A stretch of DNA of 64,000 bases from Octopus sinensis (GCF_006345805.1 NC_043012.1:744001-808000); one strand, 5' to 3'; shown: positions 36,819 through 49,047, counted from the first letter of the stretch. The notes: generated by a model not told the origin, from the sequence alone. Numbers and translations: made by a program.

Positions 36819-37272
36819 TCCTATATATATATACATATATATATATATACATACATATATATATACACACACACACACACACAGATATATATATATATAT
36901 ATATGCATGTATGTATGTATATATACACACATATATAAAGCGAGAAAGAATCAATTACACGAGCTAACATCCTTCGTTTCATTAGTTTTCCCCCCCCCCA
37001 GCCTCTTCCTGTTGCCCACCTGATCCTCCGCCCATCGTGCTCTCCCCCTCACCCAACACCCCTCCCCGTGCCATTCTCCTTCCTTGTCAGCATCACTTAA
37101 ATACTTTCATCTCCATCTATCTCTAACTCCAGACACTGTTTCTACATTGAAGCTGACCAATATATACATATATATATGTTTGTATGTATGTATGTATGTA
37201 TATGCTGGTTCTCTTACCGTCCAATAATCAATACCATGGGATTGTGTTGCAGTTCTTTGTCTTCTCTCGCAG

Positions 37273-37302
37273 AGTTTCGAAAGTGGAAATTAAAAACATG
37301 AG
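37273..37302 (+). CDS. Candidate 30-nt microexon (VSKVEIKNM frame)
   Basis: TTCTTTGTCTTCTCTCGCAG| strong acceptor; donor AG|GTGTGA is weaker; only one frame is open. Confidence 0.25.
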
Positions 37303-37876
37303 GTGTGACATAAACTTTGGCATTACGTCTCCATGTAATTACTTACTGCCTGTTATGCTATGCAGACACCTACATGCATGCATACGCACGCATACAGATA
37401 TATACACACACATATGTATACATATACACTCACATACATATACATACAAATACATACACACATGCATATATACACGCGCATACATACACACACACACATA
37501 TAGATGCATATACTCACACACGTACATATACACGCACATACACTCACATGCATACACATATACACACACATACAGATATATATACACACACAAATGCATC
37601 CATATTCACACATACAGATACATATATACACACACACATATACACAGACATACACACTCATACGCACACATACATGCACATATACACATAGTACACATAC
37701 ATATGTATATGCATCTATGTATACACACACACATCTGTACATATATATATATGTGTGTACATAAATATATATATATATGAGTGTATATAAATATATATAT
37801 ATATAATGCAAAAAAATGTGACCTCGTGTGCACCGTTAGGGATTTTTTTTTTTTCCTCTGTCTTCCCTTCTCCTAT

Positions 37877-37911
37877 GTTTCCGACGAAGAGCTCCGCTCG
37901 AAACGTTAAAC
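37877..37911 (+). ncRNA. Minimal type I hammerhead motif (PLE type), U4>C
   Basis: GTTT-CCGACGA-A-GAGC-tcc-GCTC-GAAA-CGT-T-AAAC; palindromic ACGT stem III. Confidence 0.6.
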
Positions 37912-38004
37912 CCTCCTTCTTTCCTTCTTTCCTGAGCGTCCAATAATACTATATTTGTTCCACGTCCTCGCATTGTTGTGTTTTTTGTGCTTTGTTGCTT
38001 GGAT

Positions 38005-38067
<63 letters not shown>

Positions 38068-38098
38068 TATATATAGATATAGATATATATATATATAT

Positions 38099-38262
38099 AT
38101 CTGTAAATGTAATATGTGACAATGAAAATGACCATTTTCCATAGCATTTTTTCCGATGGCCGGATAACTGAAGAGATGGCGGTGTGGATTTCCACCTTGG
38201 CATCCGAAACTTGGAGTTTTATCATGGCTACCGAATAATTGTCACATATTACATTTACAGAT
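38099..38262. mobile_element. Short element with perfect 25-bp inverted ends enclosing a hammerhead motif
   Basis: ATCTGTAAATGTAATATGTGACAAT (38099-38123) / ATTGTCACATATTACATTTACAGAT (38238-38262). Confidence 0.72.
38163..38223 (+). ncRNA. Type I hammerhead motif, near canonical
   Basis: Stem I GATAA/TTATC; core CTGAAGA 38168-74; long stem II GATG..GGTG(T)GGA-tt-TCCACC..CATC with one unpaired C; GAAA 38206-09; stem III ACT/AGT; GUU triplet. Confidence 0.65.
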
Positions 38263-38355
38263 AAATTCCTCTATTTACACTATATAGAGGTCTCTTTCAT
38301 TCTATTGTTGTCTTACCATTTCTATTAATATATATATATATAGATAGATAGATAG

Positions 38356-38386
<31 letters not shown>

Positions 38387-38476
38387 CACACACATATACA
38401 CACACACACACACACATATGTACATGTATGTATATGTGTGCGTGTGTGTATATATACATATATATATATATATATG

Positions 38477-39910
38477 TCATCATCATCATCATCGTTTAGC
38501 GTCCATTTTCATGCTAGCATGGGTTGGACGGTTCAACTGGGGGTCTGGGAAGCCAGAAGGCTGCACCAGGCCCAGTCTGATCTGGCAATGTTCTACGGCT
38601 GGATGCCCTTCCTAACGCCAACCACTCTGTGAGTGTAGTGGGCGCTTTTTACGTGCCACCGGCCCAGGTGCCAGGCGAGGCTGGCAAACGGCCATGATCG
38701 GATGGTGCTTTTTACATGCCACCGGCACGAGGCCAGTTGGGGCGGTGCTTGCAACGGCCATGTTCGGATGGTTCTCTTACGTGCCACCGGTACTGGTATC
38801 ACAGCTGCATTTTCCATTGATGTCGATCGATTGCGATTCTCACTTGCCTCAACAGGTCTTCACAAGTAGAGTTTTGTGTCCCCAGGAGGAAAGGTATGCA
38901 TAAGTGGACTGGCACATCCCGGTTTATGGTCTCACTTGTTGGTCTCAGCATTTTCAGTGTTTATTGCTCCTGAGCATCTGCCACATACAAAAACTATCTT
39001 CCTAGTTAGCTTTCCTTTGACGTTGCTGCACCTCTTATGTGTCCATAGCTTACACTGGGTACATCTTATAGAGTTTCTACCTACACCTTTTCTACAGATT
39101 GAGCAGGGCCATCTACCTGAAGGCGTTTGTGATTTGTCTACCTTCCTACGTATTAGGACTTTGGTTTTAGCTAGATTGACTCTAAGGCCCTTCGATTCTA
39201 ATCCTTGCTTCCACACCTGAAACTTCTCCTCCAGTTCTGATAGTGACTCAGCAATTAGAGCAAGGTCATCTGCATAGAGGAGCTCCCAGGGGCATCCTGT
39301 CTTGAATTCCTCCGTTATTGCCTGGAGGACTATGATAAATAGGAGGGGGCTGGGGACTGAGCCTTGGTGGACCTCTACCTCTACCCGGAATTCTTCACTG
39401 TACTCATTGCCAACCCTCACCTTACTAGCGGCATCCCTGTACATGGCTCGCACAGCTCTCACTAACCATTCATCTATCCCTAGTTTCCTCATTGACCACC
39501 AGATAAGGGATTGGGGGACCCTGTCGAAAACTTTCTCCATGTCAACAAAAGCCAGGTACAGGAGCTTGTCTTTGGCTAGGTATTTCTCCTGCAGCTGCCT
39601 TACCAGGAATATAGCATCAGTGGTACTTTTCCCTGGCACGAACCCAAACTGCATCTCATCTAAACTAACTCTCTCTCTAATTAGTTGGGCTATGACCCTC
39701 TCCGTAACCTTCATTACTTCATCCAACAGCTTGATACCTCTGTAATTATTTGTATCTAGGGCGTCACCTTTACCTTTGTAGCTGTTGACTATTATGCTGC
39801 TACACCAGTCATTGGGTATGACACCTTCGTGTATCACCTGATTAACTATATGGGTGACCAGGCTATAGCCGACACTACCAGATATTTTGAGCATCTTAGC
39901 AGTGATTCCT
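38477..39910 (-). mobile_element. 5'-truncated RTE-clade LINE: RT domain, PHD-like finger, 3' UTR and (GAT)n tail
   Basis: ORF 38932-39894 (320 aa): YRGIKLL...QFGFVPGKSTTDAIF...AFVDMEKVFDRVP...VHQGSVPSPLLF...LLYADDL...GLRVNLAKTKV, then CSIC/CTQC/HKRC/CGRC. Continues directly into the family C sequence. Confidence 0.93.
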
Positions 39911-40299
39911 TATATATATATATATGCATACACATATATACACACACACATGCACACACACTCACACATGCACACACATATGCACACACACACACACACA
40001 CACACAATTTTGTGTATGTATGTATATATACTTAAGTCTGTGCGCGTGTGTTTTACATGTATCTGATTTTTGTGTTTGTTCCTCCAGCACTTGAAAACTG
40101 GTGCTGATTGCTTCAAGCCTCATAACTTAGCTGCTCACCAAATGAGACCGACAGAATCAGTTCCAAACTTAACATAATTAACTAGGTTGATCAACTGACC
40201 TTACAAAATGGTGCTCCATCATGGTCGCCATTTAATGAGTGAAATGAATTAAAAGAAAAGTAGACACAAGGTGGTGGTGGACAATAACATCAATAGTTT

Positions 40300-40748
40300 C
40301 AAATTTTGACACAAGGCCAGCAGTTTTCGAGGGGAGGGGTAGTCAATTACATCAACCCCAGCACTCAAATGGTACTTATCTCAGTGACCCCAGAAGAATG
40401 AAAGGTGAAGCTGACCTCGGTGGAGTTTGAACTCAGAACGTATAGATGCAAAGTAATGCCACTTGGTATTTATTCAAATGTTATAATGATTTTGCTAGTT
40501 TGGGTGTTTTAATATTAATAATGATTGTAATGATAATGGTTTCAAATTTTGCCAGAAGGGCAGCCATTTTGGGGGAGGGGATATATCGATTACATCGACC
40601 CCAGTGCATAACTGGTACTTATCTAATCGATGCTGAGAGGATGAAAGGTAAAGTTGACCTCAGTTCATTTGAATTCAGAACATAATGATGGACAAATTAC
40701 TGCTAAGCGTTTTTCCCAGCATGCAAACTTTTATACCAGTTTGCCACC

Positions 40749-40752
<4 letters not shown>
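40300..40752 (-). mobile_element. Two diverged SINE family B copies
   Basis: Reverse-complement B cores (GATGAAAGG..AAAG.TGACCTC..TTTGAA.TCAGAA). Confidence 0.75.
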
Positions 40753-40780
<28 letters not shown>

Positions 40781-40781
40781 T

Positions 40782-41241
40782 AGACAAAAAGGATGTGTTT
40801 ATTAATTGGCATGAGTATTCCCTGTGATCACAATACAGCGGCGAAAGAATTTGACAAGATTAGTAAATATAAAAACCTGCTAATAGAAATTGAAAATTGT
40901 GGCATCTCAAGACGACTACAGTACCAGTGATTGTAGGATCTCTAGGAATGATAAAAAAAAGGTACTGAAACCTATTTGAAAATGATTCCAGACTTACCAT
41001 CCCTACAGGAAGTGCAAAAAATCGTATTAACTGGAACGGCTCATGTACTGAGAAGAGCATTATCACTGTGAAAACAACATCTATCCATGAATTTATTTAT
41101 TTATTAATTTTTAAATACATATTTTATCTGTGAATTTGCGCGTGTAATCTGGGAATGCATACAATGCCCTTCTCTGTCCTAGGTGTATGGAAAACACTCG
41201 ACGAGAAACGGAAGAAAATTTGAAGAAAGAAGGAAAAAACA
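40782..41241 (+). mobile_element. Second R4/Dong-type LINE 3' end (different subfamily, frameshifted) between two (TAA)n arrays
   Basis: CLLIGMSIPCDHNTAAKEFDKISKYKNLLIEIE..WHLKTTTVPVIVGSLGMIKK...PSLQEVQKIVLTGTAHVLRRALSL* parallels the 3001 copy. (TAA)n at 40750-40781 and 41241-41296. Confidence 0.85.
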
Positions 41242-41255
41242 TAATAATAATAATA

Positions 41256-41296
<41 letters not shown>

Positions 41297-41298
<2 letters not shown>

Positions 41299-41522
41299 CC
41301 TTTCTACTATAGGCACAAGGCCTGGAATATTAGTGGAGGGGGGACTAGTCAATTTCATTGCCCCCTCACCACAGTATTTCACTGGTACTTAATTCATCAA
41401 CCCCGAAAGGATGACAGGCAAAGTCGGTCTCGGCAGAGTGTGAACTCAGAATGGAGAGGCAGACGAAATTTCGCTAAGCATCTCACTCGGCATGTTAAGG
41501 ATTCTGCCAGCTTGCTGCCCTA
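41297..41522 (-). mobile_element. SINE family B
   Basis: Full B copy whose (ATT)n tail merges with the Dong-flanking array. Confidence 0.8.
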
Positions 41523-41862
41523 TAGTTGCTGAGACCCTCTTTAGTCATGACTGACCATGGGATTGCACCTAGAAAGTCACCCTCTCAGGCACAAGTCTGG
41601 GCAAGATTGTTTATGGAAGACCAGCAGTCGCTCATGCATACCAGCCTCCCTTCACCACTGCACTGATGTTTTCTAAGGAGAAGGCAAAGGCCGATACAGC
41701 TTGGCACCTGTGACATCGCAACTCATTTCTACAGCTGTGGGAAATGGAGCAATGTGAAATAAAGCGTTTTGCTCAAGAACACAGCATGCAGCCTGGTCCG
41801 GGATTCGAACACACAACCACACGATCATAAGCTCGATGCTCTAACCACTGAGCTATGTGCCT
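41523..41862 (-). mobile_element. SINE family D (tRNA head)
   Basis: Minus: AGGCACATAGCTCAGTGGTTAGAGCATCG...GTTCGAATCCCGGACC...GTGTTCTTGAGCAAAAC; related copies at 54465-54630 and 63641-63925. Confidence 0.8.
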
Positions 41863-42007
41863 TTACTGCTTTATAGTAGTAGTAATAATAATAAAACAAG
41901 GCTGGCAATTTTGGGGGGTTGGCGGTAAGTTGATTACATCGACACCGGTGTTCTGCCGGTACTCATTTGATCAACCCCCAAAAGGATGAAAGGCAAAGTT
42001 GACCTCG

Positions 42008-42052
42008 GAAGAAGAAGAAGAAGAAGAAGAAGAAGAAGAAGAAGAAGAAGAA

Positions 42053-42102
<50 letters not shown>

Positions 42103-42110
42103 GGAGGAGG
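42008..42110. repeat. (GAA)n microsatellite
   Basis: Long pure run drifting into GAG. Confidence 0.95.
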
Positions 42111-42478
42111 AGCAGGAGGATATTAATAACAACGACATCAACAATAACAGCGTCAACAACAACAACAGCCATGGCAACAATAATCCATTGAATTAATGAG
42201 AAAAGTTCTTTGTAATTGTTTGACCTGCCAGAAGTAGGACCCCATTCTCCCTCATATCACGCTCTCCTGTCTTTTATCAAATCAAACACACATTGAATAG
42301 TTTAGTCTGAGATATATTATAACAGACAATAAAATGAAACTAATGATGGACAGGTCAAGATAATAATGTCTTTGATCATAAGACTGCCCGCTTGTTTGAT
42401 CAGGTTTGACCTGGGGCTAAATATTAACAACAATGATATCAATAATCTGATTAAGATGATGATGATGATGATGATGAT

Positions 42479-43270
42479 GATGAGGTGGTGGTTGTGTAGC
42501 TGGAAATAGTGGTGATGATGGTGGTAGAGGTGGTGGTGGTGGTTGTGGTAGTCTTGTAGGTGATAATGTTGCTGCTGCTTCTAATAATGATGATGATGGT
42601 GGTGATGATGGTGTTGGTGGTGGTGGTGATAATGACAATGATGATGATGATAATGATGATGAGGTGGTGGTTGTGTAGCTGGAAAGTGGTGATGATGGTG
42701 GTAGTGGTGGTGGTGGTGGTTGTGGTGGTGTTGGTGGTGGTGGTGATAATGACAATGATGATGATGATGATGATGATGAGGTGGTGGTTGTATCGCTGGA
42801 AAGTGGTGATGATGGTGGTAGTGGTGGTGGTGGTGGTGGTGGTAGTCTTGTAGGTGGTAATGTTGCTGCTGCTGATAGTAATGATGATGATGGTGGTGAT
42901 GGTGGTGTTGGTGGTGGTGGTGGTGGTGATAATGACAATGATGATGATGATGATGATGAGGTGGTGGTTGTATAGCTGGAAAGTGGTGATGATGGTGGTA
43001 GTGGTGGTGGTGGTGGTTGTGGTGGTGGTAGTCTTGTAGGTGGTAATGTTGCTGCTGCTAATAATAATGATGATGATGATGATGATGATGATGATGGTAG
43101 TGGTGGTGGTGGTGGTGGTAGTGGTGGTGGTGCAGTGGTTATGGTGGTGGTGGTGGTGGTGATAATGACAATGATGATGATGATGATGGTAGTGGTGGTG
43201 GTGGTGGTGGTGGTAGTGGTGGTGGTGCAGTGGTTATGGTGGTGGTGGTGGTAGTGATAATGACAATGAT
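42479..43270. repeat. Higher-order minisatellite built from triplet microsatellites
   Basis: Anchor GAGGTGGTGGTTGT..(A/C)GCTGGAAA recurs near 42481, 42661, 42778, 42958 (spacings about 180, 117, 180). Confidence 0.8.
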
Positions 43271-44059
43271 GATGATGATGATGTTGATGACAGTGATGAC
43301 GATGATGGTGGTGGCGATGGCGATGGCGATGACAAAGACGATGCTGATAACGACATCGATGGTGATGACGGTTGATGCAGCAAACTTAGTCATGCTTTAC
43401 TAGTCATATTAATTAGCAGAGCCATGAGGATATATTGGTCAGGCCAGACGCGCACAGAAACACACACACACACACACACACAGGCGTACACACAGACATA
43501 CACACACTCATAAGCACACACAGAAATCTACACCCACAGGCACACACACACACACATATTACATAATAGTCACACACACACACACACATATGTATATATA
43601 TATATATATCGATACTTACACCACATCAATGCTTAGACAGACACTACACACACACTCACACACACATATATGGATTCATATTGACATACATACATTAAAG
43701 TCATAAGGAGGCATAAATGCACTGAACAGACACATACACACACATTGGACACATATTTGTATACATCACCTCACAGTGACATACCCATGCATACACAGAT
43801 ATACATAAATATTTACAAGTGTCCACACACACATACAACTCAACATACACACACAGACACACATTCTAATATATACTTGTAAATGTAGATGCCTAAATAC
43901 ATACACCTTAGCAAATACATACACGTATTCATACTAACACACACATACAAATGTAATACCTAAATACAGACATAATTTGAGACACATTCACACACATAGA
44001 TACCCCTACCCCCATCAATCCACCATAAGCTAACAAAACTAAAATTCCATTGGATTTAA

Positions 44060-44400
44060 CTGTAATGTAATCTGGTTCAATCCTCCATATGTTATTATGG
44101 ATCCTGTGTTATAAGAAATTTCTTAATCTAATCCAGAAACATTTCTTCACAAGACATACATATCACAAATTATTAACAAGGAAAAATGGGAAAGTTTGGT
44201 GAAATTCATCACAAGTAACAAGTGCCTGGAATTAATAAGTGAATGTCACAAGTCACTTCATAAGCCCCAAACCTGAAAAAATATTCTGAATATTGCTATC
44301 AATTTTAGGTAGAAGGGTTGATATGTGTAACTGTCAAAATAAAGAGTTATGCCCTATAGACAATTTATGTAAAGCGAAAGCCCTGATCTCGACAAAGTAC
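44060..44400 (+). mobile_element. Penelope-like element fragment (linker between RT and GIY-YIG)
   Basis: Frameshifted NVIWFNPPY...KKFLNLIQKHF..HTYHKL... and CNCQNKELCPIDNLCKAKALI, matching the PLE motifs IWFNPPY and CNCxxKxxCP. Confidence 0.8.
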
Positions 44401-44426
44401 AGGAATTACCTGTGTGTGTGTGTATG

Positions 44427-44460
<34 letters not shown>

Positions 44461-45059
44461 AGTATATATATATATATATATTAGTTACTAATTCATACCA
44501 CTACTAGTATGGAGGAAATAAGAGAAATTGACAATGCACAGAGAGTGTATATGAAGATTTATTTATACTAATGTTAATTCACATAACTGCCAATTTTGAT
44601 GGGGTGTCTGCAGCATAAGTCCAGGTTCATCAAAACTTACACTTCTGAAAATCATACAATTGCGAAACCTGTTATGTGTATTGATGTTAATGTAACTAAA
44701 TCTTCATATACACTTTCTATGCATTATAAACTTCTTTTATCCCCACAACTTTCTTTCTATATCTCTCTCCTCCTACCAACCATCTCATTTATACTCTGAT
44801 CCCCGTTCCTTGTGAGCATGCCCGGCATTTTGTCACCATCTCCATCCTGTCGTCTCCCACTCTCTCTCTCTCTTTCTCTCCTTCTTCCCTCAGGTTGGGC
44901 AACTATGTATTTTTTTTCTTTTGCAGTAGCACACTTGTTTCTGCCTTCATTCATGATCTTTCTCTGATTGGGTAACCTTGAACTTCCTCTTCAGCAAGAC
45001 ACCTGTATCTGTCTCACTATAACCTCTTCATCATCACCTCCTTCCCTCTTCAAAGTTTG

Positions 45060-45378
45060 TGTCTTGCATGTACTTGGTGATCCTGTCAGTGTAGGTGCCA
45101 CTTAAAAGCACCCAGTCCACACTGTAAAGTGGTTGGTGTTCAGAAGGGCATCCAGCAGTAAAAATCTTGTCAAAACTGACCGCTCCTGTGCTTGTGCCAC
45201 ATAAAATGCACTAAGTCCACTCTACTGAGTGGTTTGTGTTAAGAAGGGCATCCAGCTGTAAAAGTCCTGTCATAACAGTCACATAAGTCTGGTGCAGGCT
45301 TTGTCCTGGCCAGCTCTTATGGTACTGTCCCACCCATGCTAGCATGGAACACGGACATCAAAGGAAGGTGATGATGAT
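45060..45378 (+). mobile_element. Family C RTE 3' end with a duplicated AAGGGCATCCAG segment
   Basis: Two successive GTGGTT(G/T)G..T..GAAGGGCATCCAG units, then CCATGCTAGCATGGAACACGGAC. Confidence 0.75.
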
Positions 45379-45913
45379 AGATACAGGGTTGGCCAAAAGT
45401 CACCCCACAGTAAATCAAAATTCCATAAATATTGTCTGTAATTCTGTATTGACTCGAATGGAAAAATGTGTCACTGCGGAAGGATTTCGGTTTGAACAAT
45501 TTTCATGATGTTTCATATTTAGATGTTATTAAATTCATCCAGTTTTCAAAACATAAATAAATCTCGTAATTAAATGGTTTTGATTTGCTGTCAGGTGACT
45601 TTTGGCCAACCCTGTATATATGTATGTATATATATATATGCATATAATAATAAATGTGTAGGTGTGTGTGTAAGTGTGTGCATGTTTGTATTTCAAAAGA
45701 TGATTAGAAATGGCTTTTTTTTGATGATTTTTCATCTTTAATATAATTAGAAAATAAATAAACATCTAATTATTGAAATTGAAAAATTATCAGAAAAGCT
45801 ATTTCTATTAATTTTTTTCAAATATATAATACTGCACCAAGGACTTTCTATTTCTTATTCTACTGTATATATATTACATATCATATATGTATATATATAT
45901 ATATATATTATAT

Positions 45914-45985
<72 letters not shown>

Positions 45986-46009
45986 GTAATATATATATAT
46001 ATATACATC

Positions 46010-46265
46010 AGAACTACTGTCGCACACTCTATCAGTGTCAGCCTTAGTACCACTCTTACAAACCATATTTTTAAGTTTAATAATAAACTGTATAAACAGA
46101 TAAAAGGTGGTGCTATTGGTGTAGGGATCGCCAGTGATGTTGCCAACAACTTCATGGTGTGGTAGGACAGACATTTTAAGCAGTGCCTAGCAACCTGTAA
46201 CATCCACTTAGCTATGTACTCTCAATAAGTTGACAACATTAACCTTGTCGTGAAAAGTAATGTAC
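46010..46265 (+). pseudogene. Penelope-like reverse transcriptase fragment
   Basis: NHIFKFNNKLYKQIKGGAIGVGIASDVANNFMVW*DRHF...LAMYSQ*VDNINLVV: QxxGxxxG motif and a degenerate RYVDD, with stop codons. Confidence 0.8.
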
Positions 46266-46289
46266 ATATGGACACTCTACTAAATGTCA

Positions 46290-46500
46290 CCATCATCATT
46301 GTTTAACACCTGCTTTCCATGCTGGCATGGGTTGGACATGTTTGACTGAGGACCGGCGAGCCAGATGGTTGCACCAGGCTCCAATCTGATCTGGCAGAGT
46401 TTCTACAGCTGGATGCCCTCGCTTACACCAACCACTCTGAGAGTGTACGTGCCACCGGCACGAGGGCCAGTCAGGCAGTACTGGCAATGGCCAGTCATTG
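46290..46500 (-). mobile_element. Family C RTE 3' end
   Basis: CATCATCATTGTTTAACACCTGCTTTCCATGCTGGCATGGGTTGGA... Confidence 0.8.
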
Positions 46501-46926
46501 GCTTGAAACATATAAAAGAATATATGCAGATGTGCTTAGGCAAAATAAGCAAAATGTCCAGCGTATTTTATGTACATTTATATATAGACCTACACTGCAA
46601 TGATACAAATATACATACCTATATACATGCATATATACGTACATACATACAAACATACATAATCCAGATATACACATACTCACACATTTATATTTATATT
46701 TACATAGAGATATACTTATACACTGCTAAGTTGAAGGTGTTAGGAAGGGCATCCAGCTGTAAATATCCTGCCGAAGCAGTTACATAAGTCTGGCGCAGGT
46801 TTCTGCCCAGCTGACTCTTTTCAGACCATCTCCCACCCATCCAATATAGAGGGCGGATTTTAAACAATGATGCTAGTGATGATGATGGTGATGAGGGTGA
46901 TGATGATGATGACGATGATGATGAGA

Positions 46927-47002
<76 letters not shown>

Positions 47003-47659
47003 CGACGACGACGACGACGATGACGACAATGACGATGACGATGTTGATGTTGATGATGATGATGATGATGATGATGTTGATGATGATGATGATGATAATG
47101 ATGGTGTCTTCACATCCATGTCTATTATTACTATTTTCAACACCCCCACAAAACATATCAAACGAACTCAGTTATGAGAAGAAAGGACAACCCTCCCCCA
47201 ATGCAACACACTCATATTCCCATACTAAAATCTCAACAAAAGCGGTTAATTTTTTTTTTTGCTATATTTCATGTAAATACAGCATTAAACTCTCAGGATG
47301 TGTGATTAAAAGCAACATGCATTTGTGTATACTTTGAACTGAAAAGCCAATGTATATATTGTGTATATATTGATTATATTCGTATATATTCAAACATTAA
47401 ATTAGTAACTATTTAATGAATTTTTTCAGTGAATTCCCTTCGTTTAATTATTATTTCTCAAAAGAATTGGAAAATGCTTGTGTGGTTTCATGCTCGCTCA
47501 TCATTATTTATGGTTTTTGTCCAGGTAGGCATTACATAACAAACCTACTCAGATGGTACATCTCTTACAAACACACACACACACACTATATACATATGTA
47601 TACATGTATGTATGTATGAATGCATATATGTATGCAGATATTCATATATATGTATAATA

Positions 47660-47916
47660 TCATCATCATCATCATCATCATTTAACGTCCGCTTTCCATG
47701 CTAGCATGGGTTGGACGGTTCAACTGGGGTCTGGGAAGCCCGAAGGCTGCACCAGGCCAGTCAGATCTGGCAGAGTTCCTACAGCTGGATGCCCTTCCTA
47801 ACGTCAACCAGTCCGTGAGTGTAGTGGGTGCTTTTTATGTGCCAGACGAGGCTGGCGAACGGCCATGCTCGGATGGTGTTTTTTATGTGCCACCGACACA
47901 GGTGCCAGACGAGGCT
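47660..47916 (-). mobile_element. Family C RTE 3' end, followed by a family D head fragment
   Basis: Common family C end; 47917-47985 is a reverse-complement tRNA-like head. Confidence 0.8.
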
Positions 47917-47987
47917 GGTTTGGGATTCAAACTCACAACCTCATGATCATTAGCTCGATGCTCTAACTACTGAGCCATGCACCTTCA

Positions 47988-48028
<41 letters not shown>

Positions 48029-48274
48029 AGTGTGTGTGTGTGTATGTGTGTGTGTGTGTATTTATATGTGTGAGTGTAGTGGTTGGTGTTAGGAAGGGTG
48101 TCCAGCCATAGAAAGCCATACCAAATTAGATTGGAGTCTTGTGCAGCCTTCCAGTGTGTCAGCCCAGTTAAAAAAATCCAACCCATGCCAGCATGAACAA
48201 TGGATGTTAAATGACGATGATGATTATATTATATATATATATATTATACACACACACATATATACATATATATG

Positions 48275-48306
<32 letters not shown>

Positions 48307-48553
48307 AATTAGAAAAAAAACACCTTTTATCATTTCAAAATGAACAATTAAACTACACCATCTAGAAAATTACATATAATATAATATATACACTATATAT
48401 ATAGTATAAGATATAAGTTAGAGGTTATGCAATCATCTAAGAGATAGATGTATCCATAGGCACACCTGGTGTATTACCTCAGCATGTATGGTCTTTGTTA
48501 TAAGGTATTTGGTAGTAGGTAATTTAAGGGTAAAACCGTAGTTTAATATATAT

Positions 48554-48743
48554 AGAGACAATAAGAAATAGAGCAATAATTAACAACGAGAAGTGGTTCA
48601 TTGGTGTTTTAAAGTCATTATTTCATTAAATTAGGAGTATTTTTACAGCTGTAAACATACTCCTAATTAAATTAAATAATGACTTTGAAACACCAATGAT
48701 CCACTTCTCATTGTTAATTATTGCTCCATTTCTTACTGTCTCT
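48554..48743. repeat. Spacerless imperfect palindrome, 95-bp arms
   Basis: Centre TTACAG|CTGTAA at 48648/48649; the arms pair without net indel and with scattered mismatches. Confidence 0.85.
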
Positions 48744-48904
48744 CTCTCATGTGCACCTTTGTTTTGGGATCACCACTACTCTTTTTTTATCTCCCCTTCT
48801 TCTTAGCTCTCCTGTCTGACAACTTCTGTCTGGCCTTTGCCATGATTGATTGCTCGCCACTAAACCTTTTTTTTTTCTCTCTCTCTCTGCTTATTTCTGT
48901 GTTC

Positions 48905-48940
48905 CTTTCTATTGAAGAGCGTAGGCTCAAAACGTAAAAG
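48905..48940 (+). ncRNA. Degenerate hammerhead-like motif (CTATTGA...AAAA)
   Basis: CTTT-CTATTGA-A-GAGC-gtag-GCTC-AAAA-CGT-A-AAAG; type I topology kept, core mutated. Confidence 0.4.
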
Positions 48941-49047
48941 ACTTTCTCACCTCCTGAGCATTAAATTAATACATCTGTTCGTTGTTTACACACCGATCTT
49001 CATCTTCTGTTTTGTTTTTTTTAGTAAATTCTGACTATATATATATA

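Noticed and set aside
41790-41862. tRNA genes at SINE heads (also families A and B and the 29204/30757 heads)
   Set aside because: A/B-box-like motifs are present, but I could not fold a complete cloverleaf and each head continues into a SINE body.
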